From: Mobula hypostoma
Taxonomy: Eukaryota
DNA length: 64,000 nucleotides
Direction: 5' to 3'
NCBI RefSeq assembly: GCF_963921235.1
Contig: NC_086097.1
Span: forward strand, 169,014,001 to 169,078,000
This document shows positions 62,167 through 64,000 of the stretch, one piece after another (within the stretch, counting starts at the first letter, position 1; every line of letters starts with the position of its first letter). Below the pieces are notes generated by a model, which did not search any database, was not told the origin of the DNA, and saw only the letters and a program-made list of their open reading frames with translations. Both the position numbers and the translations under genes were made by a program.

Positions 62167-63962
62167 GGGTCCGTGTTAGGGAACTGGAGCTACAGCTCGA
62201 TGACCTTCGTCTGGTCAGGGAGAGTGAGGAGTTGATAGAGAGGAGTTACAGACAGCTGGTCACACCGGGGCCATGGGAAGCAGACAAGTGGGTCACGGTT
62301 AGGAGGGGGAAGGGAAAGTGTCAGGTACTAGAGGGTACCCCAGTGGCTGTGCCCCTTGACAATAGTTACTCCTGTTTGAGTACTGTTGGGAAGGACAGCT
62401 TACCTAGGGAAGCAACAGTGGCCGTGCCTCCGGCACAGAGTCCGGCCCTGTAGCTCAGAAGGGTAGGGAAAGGAAGAGGAGGGCAGTAGTAGCAGGGGAC
62501 TCAATAGTTAGGGGGTCAGATGGGCGATTCTGTGGACGCAGTCAGGAGACTCGGATGGTAGTTTCCCTCCCTGGTGCCAGGGTCCGGGATGTTTCTGATC
62601 ATGTCCAAGATATCCTGAAGTGGGAGGGTGGGGAGCCAGAGGCCATGGTACATATAGGTACCAATAACATAGCTAGGAAAAGGGAAGAGGTCCTGAAAGG
62701 AGAATATAGGGAGTTAGGAAGGGAATTGAGAAGAAGGACCACAAAGGTAGTAACCTCGGGATTACTGCCTGTGCCACGCGACAGTGAGAGTAGGAATGAA
62801 ATGAGGTGGAGGATAAATGCTGAGGGATTGGAGCAGGGGACAGGGATTCAAGTTTCTGGATCATTGGGACCTCTTTTGGCACAGGTGTGACCTGTACAAA
62901 AAGGACAGGTTGCACTTGAATCCCAGGGGGACCAATATCCTGGCGGGGAGATTTGCGAAGGCTACTGGGGAGACTTTAAGCTAGAATGGTTGGGTGGTGG
63001 GAATCAAATTGAAGAGACTAGGAGAGAGGAGGTTAGTTCACAAATAGAGAAAGCTAGTAGACAGTGTGTGAGGGAGGATAGGCAGGGGACAGAGAACGGG
63101 AGCACTCAGACCGAAGATGTAGGGGGGAGAAGGAAGAAAAAGTTAACAAAATTGTTTGCACCATTAGGGATAAACAGAGAGTAAGAGGTGGAGAGTTTCT
63201 TAAATGCTTATATTTTAATGCTAGGAGCATTGTAAGAAAGGTGGATGAGCTTAGAGCATGGATTGATACCTGGAAATATGATGTTGTAGCTATTAGTGAA
63301 ACATGGTTGCAGGAGGGGTGTGATTGGCAACTAAGTATTCCTGGATTTCATTGCTTCAGGTGTGATAGAATCGGAGGGGCAAGAGGGGAAGGTGTCGCAT
63401 TTCTTGTCAGAGAAAACATTACTGCGGTGCTTTGGCAGGATAGATTAGAGGACTCGTCTAGGGAGGCTATTTGGGTGGAATTGAGGAATGGGAAAGGTGT
63501 AGTAACGCATATAGCAGTGTATTATAGACCACCTAATAGGAAGCGAGAATTGGAGGAGCAAATTTGTAAAGAGATAGCAGATATTTGTAGTAAGCACAAG
63601 GTTGTGATTGTGGGAGATTTTAACTTTCCACACATAGACTGGCAAACTCATTCTGTAAAAGGGCTAGATGGTTTGGAGTTTGTAAAATGTGTGCAAGATA
63701 GTTTTTTGCAGCAATACATAGAGGTACCAACTAGAGAAGGGGCAGTGTTGGATCTCCTGTTGGGGAATGAGATAGGTCAGGTGACAGAGGTATGTGTTGT
63801 GGAGCACTTCAGGTCCAGTGATCACAATGCCATTAGTTTCAATATAATTATGGAGAAAGATAGGACTGGACCCAGGGTAAAGATTTTTGATCGGAGAAAG
63901 GCTAACTTTGAGGAGATGCGAAAGGATTTACAAGGAATGGATTGGGACAATTTGTTTTATGG
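62167..63962 (+). mobile_element. CR1 LINE ORF1 (coiled coil plus SGNH esterase) and ORF2 endonuclease
   Basis: RVRELELQLDDLRL, AGDS (about 62492-62503), HIGTNN, DRLHLN; EN YFNARS, ISETW, YYRPP, GDFNFP, SDH. Confidence 0.9.
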
Positions 63963-64000
63963 GAATACGGCTTTGTGCGGAACCAAACGAAATGGGGGAG

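Noticed and set aside
1..64000. CRISPR arrays, prokaryotic operons, rRNA, retroviral env
   Set aside because: No regularly spaced repeats, gene-dense coding, rRNA-like or env-like sequence seen. Most short ORFs in the track are antisense or off-frame reads of TE sequence.

Overview
Eukaryotic, transposon-saturated DNA. A cartilaginous fish (shark/ray) is inferred from the CR1/HER1-type LINEs, V-SINE core, Rex1 and Penelope-like repeats; this is not proven. No intact host gene, rRNA, tRNA gene or CRISPR array is supported; one weak candidate host exon pair lies at about 9.0-10.1 kb on the minus strand. The window is a stack of decayed, nested elements: a Gypsy integrase plus LTR inserted into an L1-clade LINE that is also split by a Buster-type hAT transposon; a chromodomain Gypsy element (Tf1/sushi group) with a self-priming signal; many CR1 copies, three with SGNH-esterase ORF1; Rex1/Babar fragments; Penelope-like (PLE) RT and 3' ends; a Tip100-like hAT carrying a Tigger derivative; Tc1 and hAT MITEs; and several SINEs. 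The most notable signal is a family of PLE-derived terminal repeats carrying a minimal type-I hammerhead ribozyme motif (seven readable copies). Two insertions are head-to-head palindromes with 14-15 bp target-site duplications. Boundaries without TSD/TIR evidence are approximate, and all family names come from motif recognition, not database searches.
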